Source: Octopus vulgaris
Taxonomy: Eukaryota
Assembly: GCA_951406725.2 (NCBI GenBank)
Contig: OX597836.1
Span: forward strand, 46,748,001 to 46,812,000
Length of the DNA stretch: 64,000 bases
Direction: 5' to 3'
Both the position numbers and the translations under genes were made by a program. Shown here piece after piece: positions 13,000 through 26,249 of the stretch (position 1 is its first letter; the number at the start of each line of letters is the position of its first letter). A model generated the notes under the pieces. The model did no database searches. It saw only the letters and a program-made list of their open reading frames with translations, and was not told the DNA's origin.

Positions 13000-13835
13000 A
13001 GATCTCTCAGATATTTTGACAAAGTATTAAATAACCATAAGCTTTTGAATCCCAAACTATTGCTGCACATGGTCATTAAACCAGATGGAACGGCTGGGAC
13101 CTTTGGAACTGTGCAGTTACATCCAGTTCGGGGGCTGGTATATCTCTTGAAGCCAAAATTTGGTGCCGTCCCTTCCAGAATCTTCCTTAACTATATCACT
13201 GCATATCTCTCCTGTCTTTGCTCCAGAGAGTAGAGTTGTAGCTCTTTCAGTCTACCCCAGCAGCTCAGCTGTTCCATTGATGCAATCTTCCTGGTGTAGT
13301 TCTGCTGAACTGCCTCAAGTTCTGAATTAATTTGACACTGTTGGTCAACTACGACTGAGAACAGTAGTCCAAATGGGCCGAGGACAAATGTTCTCCATGG
13401 GACCAGCAGAGTTTCCTGATCACCTTAATCTGAAAGTTCTCAGAATCCATTGGGCCATTGATTTGCATGTTGCTGCCATCTTGATGATATGGATGAGAAA
13501 TGAGATGATGCTCATATCAATCTCCATATCACATCTTGTACTTGATTCCAGGATTACCATTCCTTTTAGTTCGAAGTAACTTTGTTGTGGCATGTTAGCA
13601 CAAGCTGATAGAAGAGGGCTAGCAATTTTCCTGCATTAAATTGCATGTTGTTTTCCTTGTCCCATTTACGTTTGGCATCGAAGTCTTTCTGTAGAAGATT
13701 AGCATTGAGAGGTTCTTTGACTGCTTCTGCTACTTTTGTGTTGTTGGCATTGCCAGTAAGTGTGGACGTCAGAGTAAAAGCCACAATAAACAGCAGCGTC
13801 CCCAACACAGTTCCTTGTAATACTCCACACTCCAC
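13000..13835 (-). mobile_element. Decayed CR1-group LINE RT C-terminal fragment
   Basis: GVLQGTVLGTLLFIV...NANNTK...LQKDFD...WDKENNMQFNAGK (ORF 13566-13841), then ELEAVQQNYTRKI...RLKELQLYSLEQRQERY. Confidence 0.85.
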
Positions 13836-13902
13836 ACACACATATGTACATACACATACCTATATGTATACACACACACACATATATATACACATACATA
13901 TG

Positions 13903-14132
13903 TTTCTTTACTACCCACAATGGGCTAAACATGGAGGGGACAAACAAGGACAGACAAATGAATTAAGTCGATTACATCAACCCCAGTGTGTAACTGGTAC
14001 TTAATTTATCGACCCCGAATGGATGAAAGGCAAAATTGACCTCGGCGGAATTTGAACTCAGAACGTAACGGCAGACGAAATACGGCTACGCATTTCACCC
14101 GGCGTGCTAACGTTTCTGCCAACTCGCCACCT
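13903..14132 (-). mobile_element. SINE family B (Meta-domain-like gcctttcatccttt..ggggtcgataaa..agtacc)
   Basis: Consensus shared with 15362-15593, 39802-40330 and diverged copies at about 20190-20360, 21563-21780, 24357-24510, 27247-27605, 43945-44160 and 60075-60450. Confidence 0.85.
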
Positions 14133-14407
14133 ATATAGACATACATATAGTTAAATAACATTTGGGTAACAATCTTTCAGTGTGCTATGCATAGCATGGC
14201 CACAATTATTTGCTACCAGTGGAAATGCCCTTGCTACAGGATTATCCTGTAGCAAGGGCATTTCCATCAGGAGTTCCATAGTATTTGTAGATTTAAATAA
14301 ACAGATAAGTAATAGAAAATGGATTAAATGACATTCTTTAAAATCACTACAATTGTTTCGACACATTTTTACTCTTGTCAAAATTGGTGAAATGATATGA
14401 TTAACAT

Positions 14408-14514
14408 ACTACATAATTATTTACATTATTTACATTTGACGGATATTTGTCCTCATCTTGTTTGTTGTTAACACAACATTTCAGCTGATATACCCTCCAG
14501 CCTTCGTCAGGTAC
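14408..14514 (-). mobile_element. PLE-type terminal fragment with degenerate hammerhead motif
   Basis: Minus strand: gtac-CTGACGA-aGGCTG(gagggtatat)CAGCT-GAAA-t-GTT-gtgt. Confidence 0.6.
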
Positions 14515-14817
14515 TGTGTAAGTCGGACCTTTTTTGTATGTATACAAATATACATTTTTTTGTATTTCATATATTTAATATACTTTATGTATTGATCTGT
14601 CTAACTTGCTTATCCCTACATTCACTCCTCTGCCCACTCAAGTTTAAATCTCTTGAGCACTTCTGAGTGGAGAATATCTGATTCTCATCTATCAACTATA
14701 TGTATATATATATATGTATACACATATAGGTACAAACATATATATACACATATATACAAACATATGCATACATACATATATACATACATGTATACATATA
14801 TATATATATATATGTGC

Positions 14818-14853
<36 letters not shown>

Positions 14854-15361
14854 GCATGTGTGTGTGTGTGTGTGTTTTATTGAGTATTTTACCTTAACTT
14901 TTGGTTCTCTTATTTTTTTCAATGTATTCTTTAAGCTTTTTTCCAGTTTCACGATCAAGGGTATGATTGATGTAAAACGCCAACCTTTCCAAGAAACTTC
15001 ATCCTTAAATATCTGATGCAGAAGACAAGTGATTTTATCAAATGTATCCAATCTACGTTGGATACCAAATTCAAAGAAATTTGGAATTCAAATAAATAAT
15101 TCATATAACTGAACAAAAGAAAGACAGTTGTCTTGCCTCCTGTGTAAGCATTTACCAAAAGATTGAATCAAAAATACAATAATGATAACGGCACAGAACT
15201 ACTTCTGTAAACACCTCCTCATTTTACATTTAAGGATCTGCATACCAAACTGAGTCAAAACCTTCAGTAAGGCTTATGGACCCTACTAAATTTGACAATG
15301 GAATTACTAGAAAGAAAATTTCTAGACAGGTGTATACTCCACCTATATCTTTATGGAAAAA

Positions 15362-15593
15362 AGGTGGCGAGCTGGCAGAAATGTTAGCACGCCGGGCAAA
15401 ATGCGTAGCCGTATTTCGTCTGTCGTTACGTTGTGAGTTCAAATTCTGCCGAGGTCAACTTTGCCTTTCATCCTTTTGAGGTCGATAAATAAAGTACCAG
15501 TTACGCACTGGGGTCGATGTAATCGACTTAATCCCTTTGTCTGTCCTTGTTTGTCCCCTCTATGTTTAGTCCCTTGTGGGCAATAAAGAAATA
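15362..15593 (+). mobile_element. SINE family B with 18-bp TSD
   Basis: tatatctttatggaaaaa at 15344-15361 and 15594-15611. Confidence 0.92.
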
Positions 15594-16049
15594 TATATCT
15601 TTATGGAAAAATAGCCTCGAAGTAGTACAATGGTTTCAGTCTAGATCAAGGAAGAAAACTAATAGATTCCTGTAATTTAATATTGAAACTTATTATGCTG
15701 CTATAATTGAATCATTTACCATAAAAACAATCAACTTTGCAAGAACAATAATAAACCATCAGTGCCTGGGATGTAGACGTTGTCCTCCAAGCAAGGAAGG
15801 CACTAGTTTATTATAACAATTCAATTTGGATTAATAAAAGCTCCAACATCTACTTCAGCATTACCATGGAAGACAACGACTTTGAAAAGTTTAATGACTT
15901 CGTCAGTTGTTACTCGCTGCATAACCTCAGAGTTTACTTCACAAGAAATGAAGGATGATTATAGAGATGACTGTCAGTTGATAATACAAAATTGCATTCC
16001 ACAAACCACTAATAACAAAGTGTGTAACAAAATTCTTCTTCTTTTTTTT

Positions 16050-16499
16050 TTTTGTCTTTGGTCAGAAAGTGTCATTTCTTATATGCTTCAATCTAAAAAT
16101 CAAAAGAAATGACTACCATTCGCTTCAAACTTTGCATTCTTCACCTGGACATCAATGTTTTGAAGCTGACCTATTTTCCATTACATTTCAGACAGATTCA
16201 CTGCAGAGTTGCCAAAGCTGAAATATTGTTATAGCAAATATTCTGCTCAACACCACAGATTTGTTTGTCACTTGCTTGACCTTAACCACTTGAGCATGTC
16301 CCTTAGTGGTTGACAATATGTGCATCTCTGATCATGAGCAGGAGTAAGTGGAGAAGCATCATAGCCATGTATCAAGAGGGATTCTTTGGGGTTTGAATAA
16401 AAGTAACAAAGGCAAAGTTTGAAGGAAATATTAACCATTTTTCATAGTTTCTAGGGGTAAACAAATAGGAAATAGCAGTTGCTACCCAAGGACAAAAAA
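16050..16499. mobile_element. Old MITE-like insertion with imperfect terminal inverted repeats
   Basis: tttttgtctttggtc..atttcttat versus atagg..aatagc..cccaaggacaaaaa; internal ttcaaactttgc/gcaaagtttgaa. Interrupts the PLE RT. Confidence 0.55.
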
Positions 16500-17139
16500 T
16501 TTGTTACAGTAATATAAGGAAAAGCTTGCATTTTTTTTTTAAGAATCTAAGATTACACAAGACTGTAAAATTCATCCTTACATACACAAATTTCCTTGAT
16601 GTCACCCTAGACCCAGACACTCCCTTATATTACTCATTACACAAACCAAACATGTCCTTGCAATCAAACAATAGTCTTTTTCTTTTCCACCATCGAAACT
16701 ATTCTAAACTATTCTAGCAATTCTTTAATACCATTCTGCTTAACCTAAAAATACTTCTTTTGAAGGTACCCTGATTTCCGGAGTTTTTTTTTTTCCTTTT
16801 TAAGTTTTCCAATTTGCCATTGAAGCATGAAATAAGTTGATTTTTATTATGTGCATTAGAGATGCATCTGAGATTCTGGAACATGGTGCAATGAGTAATT
16901 CTTTTTATGTAACTGTACAGTTGTATGTGTGCATATATATGTGAGTATATATATATATACATAAAGTGTATGTGAAGTCTATACAATGTATATGAAAGTA
17001 AATTATGAAACAGCCATAACGATACAAAATTAAATCTTATTTGCTTTTCACTTCTCCTGAATTTTAAATGGTTATTATTATACACTCTTCACTAGTTTCT
17101 CCTGGATTTTCAGGTACATAGTCATGTTAAATTGCATCC

Positions 17140-17302
17140 TAAGTTTAATTACTGTGTTACCTGATACCCGGGTTCAGAGATGGTGGCGTGCATGGAAAGG
17201 TAAGCATGCAACACTATGTCCGGACACAATAAAAAGTTGTCATGCAAAGCTAATGACCATGGGCTCTGTGAATGATGCAAGAAGTGGCCATCCAACCACA
17301 TC
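17140..17302 (+). mobile_element. Tc1/mariner transposase N-terminal HTH fragment (DUF4817-like)
   Basis: VQRWWRAWKG...PDTIKSCHAKLMTMGSVNDARSGHPTT resembles VQRxFR...TI...KFxxTGSVxDxxRSGRP. Confidence 0.7.
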
Positions 17303-17519
17303 TTTTATCTTTTACTTGCTGCAGTCATTAGACTGCAACCATGTTGGGGAGCACTGCCTTGATGGATTCTAGTCAAGCAAATCAACCTTAGTACCAATAG
17401 TTTTTCATTTTGAAAGGCTGGTGCTTATTCTATTGGTCTCCTTTGCCTGATATAAAGACACACACACAGACACACACACACACATACATGCACACACAGA
17501 CACACACACACACATACAT

Positions 17520-17596
<77 letters not shown>

Positions 17597-17790
17597 AACA
17601 CATACACACACACACATAAACACACACACACAACAGGCTTCTTTCAAGTTCCATTCACCAAATCAACTAACAAAGCTTTGGTCAGCCCAAGGCTATATAG
17701 TAGAAGACACTTGCCCAAGGTGCCCAGCAGTGGGACTGAACCTGGAACCATGTGGTTGGGAAGCAGACTTCTTACCACAGCCACACCTAA
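17303..17790 (-). mobile_element. Diverged SINE family A with expanded (CA)n
   Basis: Family consensus at both ends. Confidence 0.8.
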
Positions 17791-17943
17791 GCCGCCTATA
17801 TATAAATTCAATTGGAGTGAAACTAAAATTGAACATCCTTTGCATTTTAGTTCAAAGTGAAATATACTAATACAAAGAGAACTTATAAGTGAGGGGAAAA
17901 GACTAATCAGTGATCTAGAATTTGCAGACATACTTATTGTGTG

Positions 17944-17979
<36 letters not shown>

Positions 17980-19029
17980 TTGACAATCTCACATCAACAG
18001 TCATCTAGACTGCTAGTGTAAATCAGACTTTGATTAGATCTTGAAATCTCTTCTTTGTAAGACCAAGAATAGTGATATCTTATTCAAGGCACTGAAACCA
18101 TTATCATGGAATCTATTCATAATTTGCTGAGTAATCTAGAAGTTTGACAGTTTATTTAAATATATTTTATTGATTAACCTAACATTAAACAGTGAACAGA
18201 ATATGCCAATAGATGAATGCCCCTCCTCTTCATTATCATCATCACCATCATCATCACCTCCATCACTTATCCTCCTTTCTCAATAGGTTCAATATCATAA
18301 ATCACCATCTCTGCCATTTTGCTCTATCCCTGGCTACATTCACTATATTTAAGTCTGTCCACTTCTTTATATTAACCATTCACATAATTCTCAGCTTTCC
18401 CCCTTCTCTCTTTTCCCTTTTATTAAATCTTCTTTTAACAGTCTCTCTGTAAAACCATTTTCTTTCCAATTAAGAGACCAAAATATTTTAGTTTTCTCTC
18501 TTTGATGGTGTCCAAGAAAAAATTCTTAGTTTTTACCATTTTCAATTATCATTGATTAAAAATATCCATGGCATTCTCTGCCCAAGACGATATTCTCAAA
18601 AGCCTTCTATATTTCTAACTTCTCAGACGCTGTCATCTATTTCATGATACTTTTGTTAATGTCCATCTTTCAACTTTCTCTATGCTAGAATGGACTATAC
18701 ATAACATTTTAATCATCTTTTTTTGGCTTCGATATTAATGACTTTCTTGCTATCTCAATCCTTTTGATTTCCCTTTCATATTTCCCATTTTCTCATTCCA
18801 TATATTATCTTTTCTATATTATCTTTGGTCTCTCTTTCATTTATTTGTCCCCCAATTGTACTATTTATTTTCACAGACTTGCTTCTTGTAGATTACCATT
18901 CATTTTCTTTCCTTTACATTCATTTCCATTCTACAGGATCTAACTCTGTCATTTACTCCCATTACAAACTTCTATAGGTTGTCTCTAGATATTGTATATA
19001 CATCTTAAATTGTTGATGTTCATAAAAGT

Positions 19030-19360
19030 AAAGGGTAAAGGCCCTCTTTTGTCATGAAGGACCATAGAATTGCACCCAGAAAGTTCTTCTCTGAGGCACA
19101 AATCCAGGCAAGGTTGTTTAGGAAAGACCAGTGGTCGCCTATGCCGACCAGTTTCTCCTCTCCATTGATGTTGTCCAAGAGAAAGACAAAGGCTGATACA
19201 GCTTGGTACCAGAGACATCACAATCTATTTCTACAACTGAGTGAACAGGAACAACATGAAATAAAGTGTCTTGCTCAAGAACACAACATACAGCCTAGTT
19301 CAGGAGTCAAATTCACAACCTCGTGATTGTAAGCCCGATGCTCTAACCATGGAGCTTTGT
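19030..19360 (-). mobile_element. SINE family D (tRNA head, CORE-like gtgttcttgagcaagacactt)
   Basis: Homologous to 41395-41682 (+), 42684-43010 (-) and 58655-58997 (-). Confidence 0.8.
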
Positions 19361-20812
19361 GTGTTCATAACCTATTAATACCAGTGGTGTGTCTTTTGAA
19401 TACACTGTGACTGTGTTGAATTCAAATGGAAAGGCCCAACTGAATTAAGACCCTGCATAAGTGGTAGGTTAACAATAGGTGCCTATGGTTATCTTGGTAA
19501 AGAGAAACCAAATGTGGAGAGTACACAATGGCAGTGATATATAATATCTTTTATCTTTTACTAGATTTAATCATTAGACTGTGGCCATGCTGGGGCACTG
19601 CCTTGAAGAATTTTTAGTCAAATGAATCAACCCCAGTACTTAATTTTTTTAAAGCCTGGTACTTAATCTATTAGAGTTTTTTTTTGCCTAACTGTTAAGT
19701 TATGGGGGATGCAAACACACCAGCACCAGTTGTCAAGCAGTGATGGGAGACAAGCAGACACAAAGACACTCATACATGTATATATATATATGTTTAGATA
19801 TATATTGTGATATGGCACAATCAACACTATCACAATGGGGAGACTTAGAGATATCCTTATCCCTTTTGCTAATCAGGTATTTAGTAGATACCTCCTGTTC
19901 TTGGATATCGTGATTGTAGCCTTCTTGATGAGATGTGATGTACTTAATTGCAGATCCAGGAGAGGCAGTTGTGGGTCTCTTCTGTTGTCACAGATTTTGA
20001 AATTTTTAAATTAAGTGAAAATTTCCAAATTTTGTATATTGATGTAATTTTTTACACTGAATCCAATTTTGCTATTGATTTGTTCCAGAAAAATTTTACA
20101 AAAACATTTCAGAAGTTTAAAGTTTGATCCTTTTTACTCAGTAACAAAACAGGATTTGGAAGCAGATATTTTCTAGCTTGTGGGATGTATATATACCTAT
20201 TCCTTTACTACCCACAAGGGGATAAACATAGAGAGGACAAACAAGGACAGACAAATGGATTAAGTCAATTATATCGACCCCAGTGCGCAACTGGTACTTA
20301 ATTTATCGACCCCCAAAAGGATAAAAGGCAAAGTCGACCTCGGCGGAATTTGAACTTGAATTTTACGTGCGGGTGGCACGTAAAAAGCACCCACTACACT
20401 CATGGAGTGGTTGGCGTTAGGAAGGGCATCCAGCCGTAGAAACACTGCTAGATCAGACTGGGCCTGAAGCAGCCTTCTGGCTTCACAGACCCCAGTTGAA
20501 CCGTCCAACCCATGCTAGCATGGAAAGGGGACGTTAAGTGATGATGAATGTAAGCTAATTTGACAAGTATTCACTTCCAAGTTTCTCTCTAAGTAGGTTA
20601 GTACAGCAAAAGCCTTACTCCACATGGAGCAAATGTAAACTAGAGGATCAATGTTGGCATTCATTGTTCTTTTGAACAGATAAATGAGGGCTGGCCCTGT
20701 ACAATATGAGCATTTTATACCAATGATGACTAATAATCAGATTCCTCCCAAGTGATTTCCCTTTTTAACAGTGAAACTCTCCATTGAAAGAGTTTCAGTT
20801 GATAAAAGTTTG

Positions 20813-21248
20813 GGATCTTCTTAGTTTGAACGGCAGTTTTTTCTAGCGGTGTCATATGAAATTGTCACCCATAATTATGACCCTAGAATCGATCTATTGC
20901 ATTTCAATCTCTTTTAGGGTTAGGGTTAGTTAGGGTTAGTTAGGGTTTGGGGTGGGGGAAGGGTATCTTTTTTTCTTCACAAATGTAAATAAACCCAATC
21001 TGTTTCTTAAACGAGGGACATATTCATATGGCACAGAATGCTTTTTAACTCAATAGACGCCATTGATTGGTTGAAATTGCAGAAATTGAAGAAAAAAAAC
21101 AACAAACATCTTACAAACCATAGAATTCTCTCAATAAAGCCAAGAGAAAAAGATGTTTTATAAACACATTCTACCAGTATATGAAGTTTAAAATTTTTTA
21201 GTTACCTAGAAATTATGTTAAAAACTGCCATTCAAACTGAAAAGATCT
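20813..21248. mobile_element. Non-autonomous DNA transposon (MITE) with internal TTAGGG repeats
   Basis: TIRs gatcttcttagtttgaacggcagtttt / aaaactgccattcaaactgaaaagatc. Flanks aaagtttg (20805-20812) and gaagtttg (21249-21256). ttaggg x4 at about 20914-20946. Confidence 0.85.
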
Positions 21249-22266
21249 GAAGTTTGAAGAAAGACATTTGCACAGTATTCACTCTGTAACTCATTTAACC
21301 ACTTTGCATCAGGATTGTGCTGTTTACATTCCAAATCCTTTTCTAGAATGACTCCAGATTATCTAGAGGAAGGAGCTATCACCACCCTGGGGATATGACC
21401 TGCCATACTGTGGTACACTGATTTATTTAATAATACTTGAAATTCATGGCTTTTTGTTCTCAAAGGTTTACTTTCTTTTTTCTCATCACCATCATCATCA
21501 TCAACATTTAATGTCCATTTTCCATGCTGGCATGGGTTGAATGGTTTGAACAAAATTATTCAAGGTGATGAACTGGCAGAATCATTAGCACACCAGACAA
21601 AATGCTTTGTGGTATTTTGTCCCTCTTTACATTCTGAGTTCAAATTCTGCAGAGGTAGATTTGACTTTTATACCTTCAAGATCAATAAAATAAGTACCAG
21701 TTGATCACCGGTGTCAATGTAATTGACTTACTTCCTTCCCCAAAATTGCTGGCCTTGTGCCAAAATTTGAAACCGTTATTAAAAACCTATTCACCTCCCA
21801 CTTGTAATTCCTGTCTAGGGGCCACTTACTTGTCCGTGAATGTTTCTTGTTGACAGTTCCGATAAACTTTAGATAATCTATCAAAGTTACTGTCGATGCT
21901 TTGTGAATTTATTAGTCACTTTGCACTCATCTAATTATTGGTATGTGTCTGAAGAGCTAATCCATTTTGATTGTTTCTTTTCACTGCAATCTGTCTGTGC
22001 GTCTCCCATCTGTTGGTGAATGAAAATAGCAACACAATATAACAGAACAATTAGTGACCAAAAGTAGAGATATTCGGTTTCTACTAATTATTCTTTAGTT
22101 GTTTGGTCCACCAACATTTGGTTGGTCAGTTTATTTTTTTTATCAATTCATGCAGTAACAGTAATTACTCTTTCATGTAATTGCTCGTTACAGTGATAGT
22201 AAATTTTTGCATAATTTAGCTGATAAGAGTTCTTTCAGTGGTTTGTACTTTTCTCTAATGATTATT

Positions 22267-22299
<33 letters not shown>

Positions 22300-23086
22300 A
22301 TTATTATTATTATTGTTATTATTTGTTCATAAGTTACTGCCTCAATTTTGTAATGGCAGCAAGTGTGCACCCACCCCACGTGACCTTTGTTTCCCTCTTA
22401 ACTTTCTGAAAAATGGATATTTTTAAATGAAATTTTCAACAGGCATAGCTGTGTGGTAAAAAGGTTTCTTCCCAAACACATGGCCTGGGGTTCATTCCCA
22501 CTGTGCAACACACCAGCATCGGTTGTCAAGTGATGTTGGAGGGACAAACACACACACACATATATATACATATATGTATATATGACAGGCTTCTTTCAGT
22601 TTCCGTCTACCAAATCCACTCACAAGGCTTTGGTCGGCCCAAGCCTATAGTAGAAGACATTTGCCCAAGGCGCCACACAGTGGGACTGAACCCAGAGCAA
22701 TGTGGTTGGTAAGCAAGCTACTTACCACACTTCCACTCCTGCACTTTAATTAATTTGATACAACTTGTCCAATCATTTGTTAAATTGCTTATTCTTTATT
22801 GTTATATATATCATATAAACACTAATTCTTTATTCGTTATTTTACAGCTATGAATAATGAGTGGTGAAAAATTTGCAGTTAGGACCATTTAATGCTACCT
22901 GTGGACTGAGTAGCCATTCCATGTTTAAAAACTAGTTTTATAGTTACTTCTTTCAAAATTCCTTCCTATAGGAATACAAGTAAGGTTTAGCAACAAGAAA
23001 AGCATCCTACTGTAAAACAGTACCTCAACCATATATATATGTCTAACACATACTAGTATGGGAAAAAGGACATAAAATGAACAAAC

Positions 23087-23130
<44 letters not shown>

Positions 23131-23131
<1 letters not shown>

Positions 23132-23497
23132 ACGTAAAGTGTACTAGCCATCTGAATGTGGCTAGCCACAGGGGGTGGGTGTTACTGAAGCTTTTAGCCC
23201 CAGGAGATCATCGTCTCCAGCTGGCTTTAGACACACTTTCTGTGCCCTTCTGATATTCGCAAAGGGAGGTCATCTCCTCTCGAAAACCTAAGTGATACAT
23301 ATGGACTATAGTTTCAAGGTTTTTGCCTCTCGTCACTTAGGTTTTCGAGATGGGATGACCTCCCTTTGCGAATATCAGAAGAGCACAGAAAGTGTGTCTA
23401 AAGCCAGCTGGAGATGATGATCTCCTGGGGCTAAAAGCTTCATTAACACCCACCCCCAGTGGCTAGCCACATTCAGATGGCGAGTACACTTTATGTT
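23131..23497. repeat. About 165-bp near-perfect inverted repeat with 37-bp spacer, flanked by (TA)n
   Basis: Arms at 23131-23295 and 23333-23497. Confidence 0.95.
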
Positions 23498-23542
23498 GTC
23501 GAGCGGTTACTGTTTACATCTCGTTCGGAGATTTATTAATGC

Positions 23543-23573
<31 letters not shown>

Positions 23574-23919
23574 GTTCTGATACCTGTGCCAGTGGCACGT
23601 AAAAAGCACCATCCGAACGTGGACGATGCCAGCTGGCTTCTGTGCCGTTGGCACATAAAAAGCACCAACCGATCGTGGCCACTGCAAGCCTCCCCTGGCA
23701 CCTGTGCTGATGGCACGTAAAAAGCACCCACTACACTCATGGAGTAGTTGGCATTAGGAAGGGCATCCAGCTGTAGAAACACTGCCAGATCAGACTGGAG
23801 CCTGGTGTAGCCTCCTGGCTCCCAGACCCTGGTCGAACAGTCCAACCCGTACTAGCACGAAAAACGGACATTAAACGATGATGATGATGATGATATATAT
23901 ATATATATATATATATATT

Positions 23920-24007
<88 letters not shown>

Positions 24008-24327
24008 TGTATGTATATATAAGCAGCGTGAGAGAGAGAGAGTTTTAAAAAATTGTGTATGGAAAATAATTAAATATTCATCTCTGAGGAACTAAAAAGA
24101 AAAATTCTTAATTGAAACAGAAAATTGTTATTGCTTTATGCAAAATTTCAAAGGTAAAAATTTAAAACTCAAAAGAATTTTCACAACAGAAAATGAATTA
24201 ATAGTGGAAGCAGAAATGTTTAGAGAAAAAAAAAAATTCACACGAAAATTACTAATAAATAAAAAGATAAAATAAATAAATCAAAGAAAAAGTAATTTGT
24301 ATGAAAATAGTTTTAAGATTGATTTAT

Positions 24328-25172
24328 AGGCACAGGCATGGCTGTGTGGTAAGAAGTTTGAGTTCAAATTCCACCGAGGTCGACTTTGTCTTTCATCCTT
24401 TCAAGGTCGATAAATTAAGTACCAGTTATGTACTGGGGTCGATATAATCGACTTAATCCGTTTGCCCCCTCTGTGTGTAGCCCCTTGTGGGCAGTAAAGA
24501 AATAAGAAATAAGAAGCTTGCTTCCCAACCACATGGTTCTGGGTTCAGTCTCATTGAGTGACACCTTGGGCAAGTGGCTGCTCCTATAGCCTCAGGCTAA
24601 CTAAAGCTTTGTGAATGAATTTGATAGACAAAGACTAAAAAAACCCATCGCATGCATGTGAGTGTCTGCGTTTGTCTACTCCTACAATTTAATAACTGGT
24701 GTTGGCATGTTTATGGCCCTGTAACTTAGCAGTTCTGTAAAAAGAGACTGATACCAGGCGTAACAAAAATTATGTACTGGGGTCAATTCATTTGACTAAA
24801 AATTCTTCAAGGTGGTGCCCCAGCATGGCCACAGTCTAATGACTGAAACAAGCAAAAGATAAAAGATGTGTGTGTATGTGTGTGTGTGTGTGTGTATGTG
24901 TGTGTATGAGTGTGTGTGTGTGTCTGTGTATGAGTGTGTGTGTGAGTGTGTGTGTATCTTTGTGTCTGCATTTGTCCCCACTATCGCGTGACAACCAGTG
25001 TTGGTGTGTTTACATCCGTGTAACTTAGTGGCTCGGTAAAAAGAGACTGATAGAATCAATACCATGCTTAACAAAAACTAAGCACTGAGGTCAATTCATT
25101 CAACTAAATAATTCTTCAAGGTGGTGCCCCAGCATGGCCACAGTCTAATGACTGAAACAAGTAAAAGATAAA
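24328..25172 (+). mobile_element. SINE family A with a family B insertion (about 24357-24510) and a duplicated tail half
   Basis: Family consensus segments. Confidence 0.75.
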
Positions 25173-25704
25173 CGATCAAAGAGACCCCCCAACACCCTCA
25201 TCTCCCCTGTAAACATTAAAAAAAGACGTATTTGGTACTTGGTCACCTTTTCACATCATTTACTTTTGTATCTAATGTTACAGCTTAGTTCAGACTCAGT
25301 GCATTTCTCTTAAATTATTTCTGTGTGAATGCACAATGTTTCACGTTTAAATGAAATCACATCATTTACAAACCATATTCCGACCAGCTGTCCTTTTGTT
25401 TTTGTCCTGAAGGACTTCTAAAACTGACAAAGAACCAAAAATAGCTCATTGTGTAATATACTTTCTATTTGATAATATCTTAGATTTTCTCAATTACTTA
25501 TAACATATTGATTTTTTTTATTTCTGCTCAAACACACAAACCATTGTTTTCTACCTTTTCATTAACGATGACCTTAATCTAGCCACCTTAACCTAATGAC
25601 CTCCACTCATTCAATTTTCTTGTTGAAATCTTAGAAGTTCACTTCCATTTCATCAATGTTAGAAACCTCAATGTAGCAAAACTTTTGTTTGTGTTTCCAT
25701 AGTA

Positions 25705-26232
25705 TACTTCCTCCTTACACCTCCTCCTCCTCCTCCTCCTCTTCTTTACTCCCTATCCCCTTCTTCCTTACTCTTCCTAGCTCCTTCCCCCTCCTCCTCC
25801 TCTTTACTCCTCATCCCCTCCCTCCTTACTCTTCCTAAGTCCTCCTCCTCCTCCTCCTCTTCTTTGCTCCCTATCCCCTTCTTCCTTACACTTCCTAACT
25901 CCTCCCCCCTCCTCTTCCTCCTTACTCCCCATCCCCTCTTTCCTTACTCTTCCTAAGTCCTCCTCCTCCTCTTCTTCTTCTTCTTTACTCCCCATCCCCT
26001 TCTTCCTTACTCTTCCTAACTCCTCCCCTCCCCCTCCTCTTTACTCCCCATCCCCTCCCTCCTTACTCTTCCTAACTCTTCCTACAACTACTACTACTCC
26101 TACTCCTACTCCTACTCCTCTCCTACTCCTCCCCTCCTCCTCCTCCTCCTCCGTACCCCCCTACTCCATACTCCTCCCCTCCTCCTCCTCCTCCTCCGTA
26201 CCCCCCCTACTCCATACTCCTCCTCTCCCACT
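25705..26232. repeat. CT-rich imperfect tandem repeat (about 50-60-bp units)
   Basis: Repeated ctttactcccca/tccccttcttccttactcttcctaa motif. Confidence 0.9.
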
Positions 26233-26249
26233 TCTCTCTCACCTAACTG

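Larger units (their letters stand above)
14880..16740 (+). mobile_element. Decayed Penelope-like RT ORF, interrupted by a SINE and a MITE
   Basis: PHFTFKD...KPSVRLMDPTKFDNGITRKKI; WKNSLEVVQWF; FNIETYYAAI; VLQARKALVYYNNSIWINK...FSITM; YRDD (about 15959-15971); TNFLDVTLDPDTPLYYSLHKPN (about 16585-16651). Confidence 0.88.

Noticed and set aside
20914-20946. Telomere or chromosome-fusion scar
   Set aside because: Only four TTAGGG units, internal to a TIR-bounded MITE.
21945-22037. ctgaaga-gcta...tagc hammerhead-like fold
   Set aside because: The GAAA and cleavage-site half of the core is missing.
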